DNA from: Bacteroidales bacterium
GTDB lineage: Bacteria > Bacteroidota > Bacteroidia > Bacteroidales > WCHB1-69
Direction of reading: 5' to 3'
Assembly: GCA_031287215.1 (NCBI GenBank)
Contig: JAITTF010000222.1
Span: forward strand, 1-46,517
Length of the DNA: 46,517 nt
Shown: positions 46,087 to 46,517 of the stretch, piece after piece
Layout of the letters: every line of letters begins with the position of its first letter
How positions within the stretch are numbered: the stretch's first letter is position 1
The notes under the pieces: generated by a model
What the model was told of the DNA's origin: nothing
Databases searched by the model: none
The model's input: only the letters and a program-made list of their open reading frames with translations
Program-made: the position numbers and the translations under genes

Positions 46087-46517
46087 TCAGAAGTTGATTT
46101 GCAATCCGATGCCATTTTGAGCAACACCAAATTGTAAGCGAACGTCATTTGGTTGAGCAAATACATGCTGTTGGGTATATTCAGAAACTATATTGTCAAA
46201 AGTTTTTTTACTTTTCACATGCAAAACGATTCCCGGAATTAATATTGCACATCCTGCAGCTAAATAGGTTGATCCTACGATCGCATATAAAGGAACCCAA
46301 CCATTATTGACAATGCCATAACAAAACCACCCCAAACCGGCAGCAGTAACAACACTGCCTACCGCCAATAATGGAATAGAATTTACATAGTTGTTTCGAG
46401 CATTAAAAAAGTCAATTTCTAAACGATTGTTGTATAAAAAATCTCTTTTTTCTTTATCCAAATTTTTCAATTTCCAAGGTTTTTCCCAAACTAAGGAAGT
46501 AGATTGATTAGGTAATT
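46087..46517 (-). CDS. Hypothetical membrane protein (5' end runs off the window)
   Basis: The frame stays open from the TTG at 46470 to the window edge. Two hydrophobic segments (IPLLAVGSVVTAAGLGWFCYGIV and AIVGSTYLAAGCAILIPGIVL). Ends ...GIGLQINF. Confidence 0.4.
   Translation of the reverse strand, partial: LPNQSTSLVWEKPWKLKNLDKEKRDFLYNNRLEIDFFNARNNYVNSIPLLAVGSVVTAAGLGWFCYGIVNNGWVPLYAIVGSTYLAAGCAILIPGIVLHVKSKKTFDNIVSEYTQQHVFAQPNDVRLQFGVAQNGIGLQINF

Overview
The window is a low-GC chromosomal segment that looks like Bacteroidota. Three things support this: recurring TAnnTTTG -7 promoter boxes placed just upstream of gene starts, two very large secreted proteins ending in T9SS-type C-terminal sorting domains, and the overall gene content. 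Most of it is housekeeping. The recognisable genes are lon, pssA, a LOG-family gene, a convergent tRNA-Gly(GCC)/tRNA-Pro(GGG) pair, an NhaP2-type K+/H+ antiporter, pyrBI, a purine nucleoside phosphorylase, lpxK, phoH, rnfA, sufB, a SurA-like PPIase, a MoxR ATPase and a sensor kinase. Accessory content consists of five parts. (1) The 3' end of a peptide/bacteriocin-type ABC exporter plus its HlyD adaptor; this block is markedly more GC-rich than the rest of the window. (2) A compact Wzx/Wzy-type glycan locus with two GNAT-fold genes. (3) A CzcCBA-type RND metal efflux operon led by a small Cys-rich protein. (4) A 1982-aa T9SS surface protein built from three ~1.53-kb tandem repeat units. (5) A 1525-aa T9SS protein combining an alpha/beta-hydrolase with a beta-helix region. 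The most unusual structure is a four-helix-bundle gene (23S rRNA intervening-sequence protein family). It lies antisense inside a 22-bp inverted-repeat-bounded, AT-rich cassette that exactly fills the gap between the ABC stop codon and the HlyD start codon. A further copy of the same repeat sits at the window edge, at the TMD/NBD junction of the ABC gene. I saw no CRISPR array, transposase, integrase, reverse transcriptase or rRNA. All protein calls come from motif recognition by eye, not from database searches.
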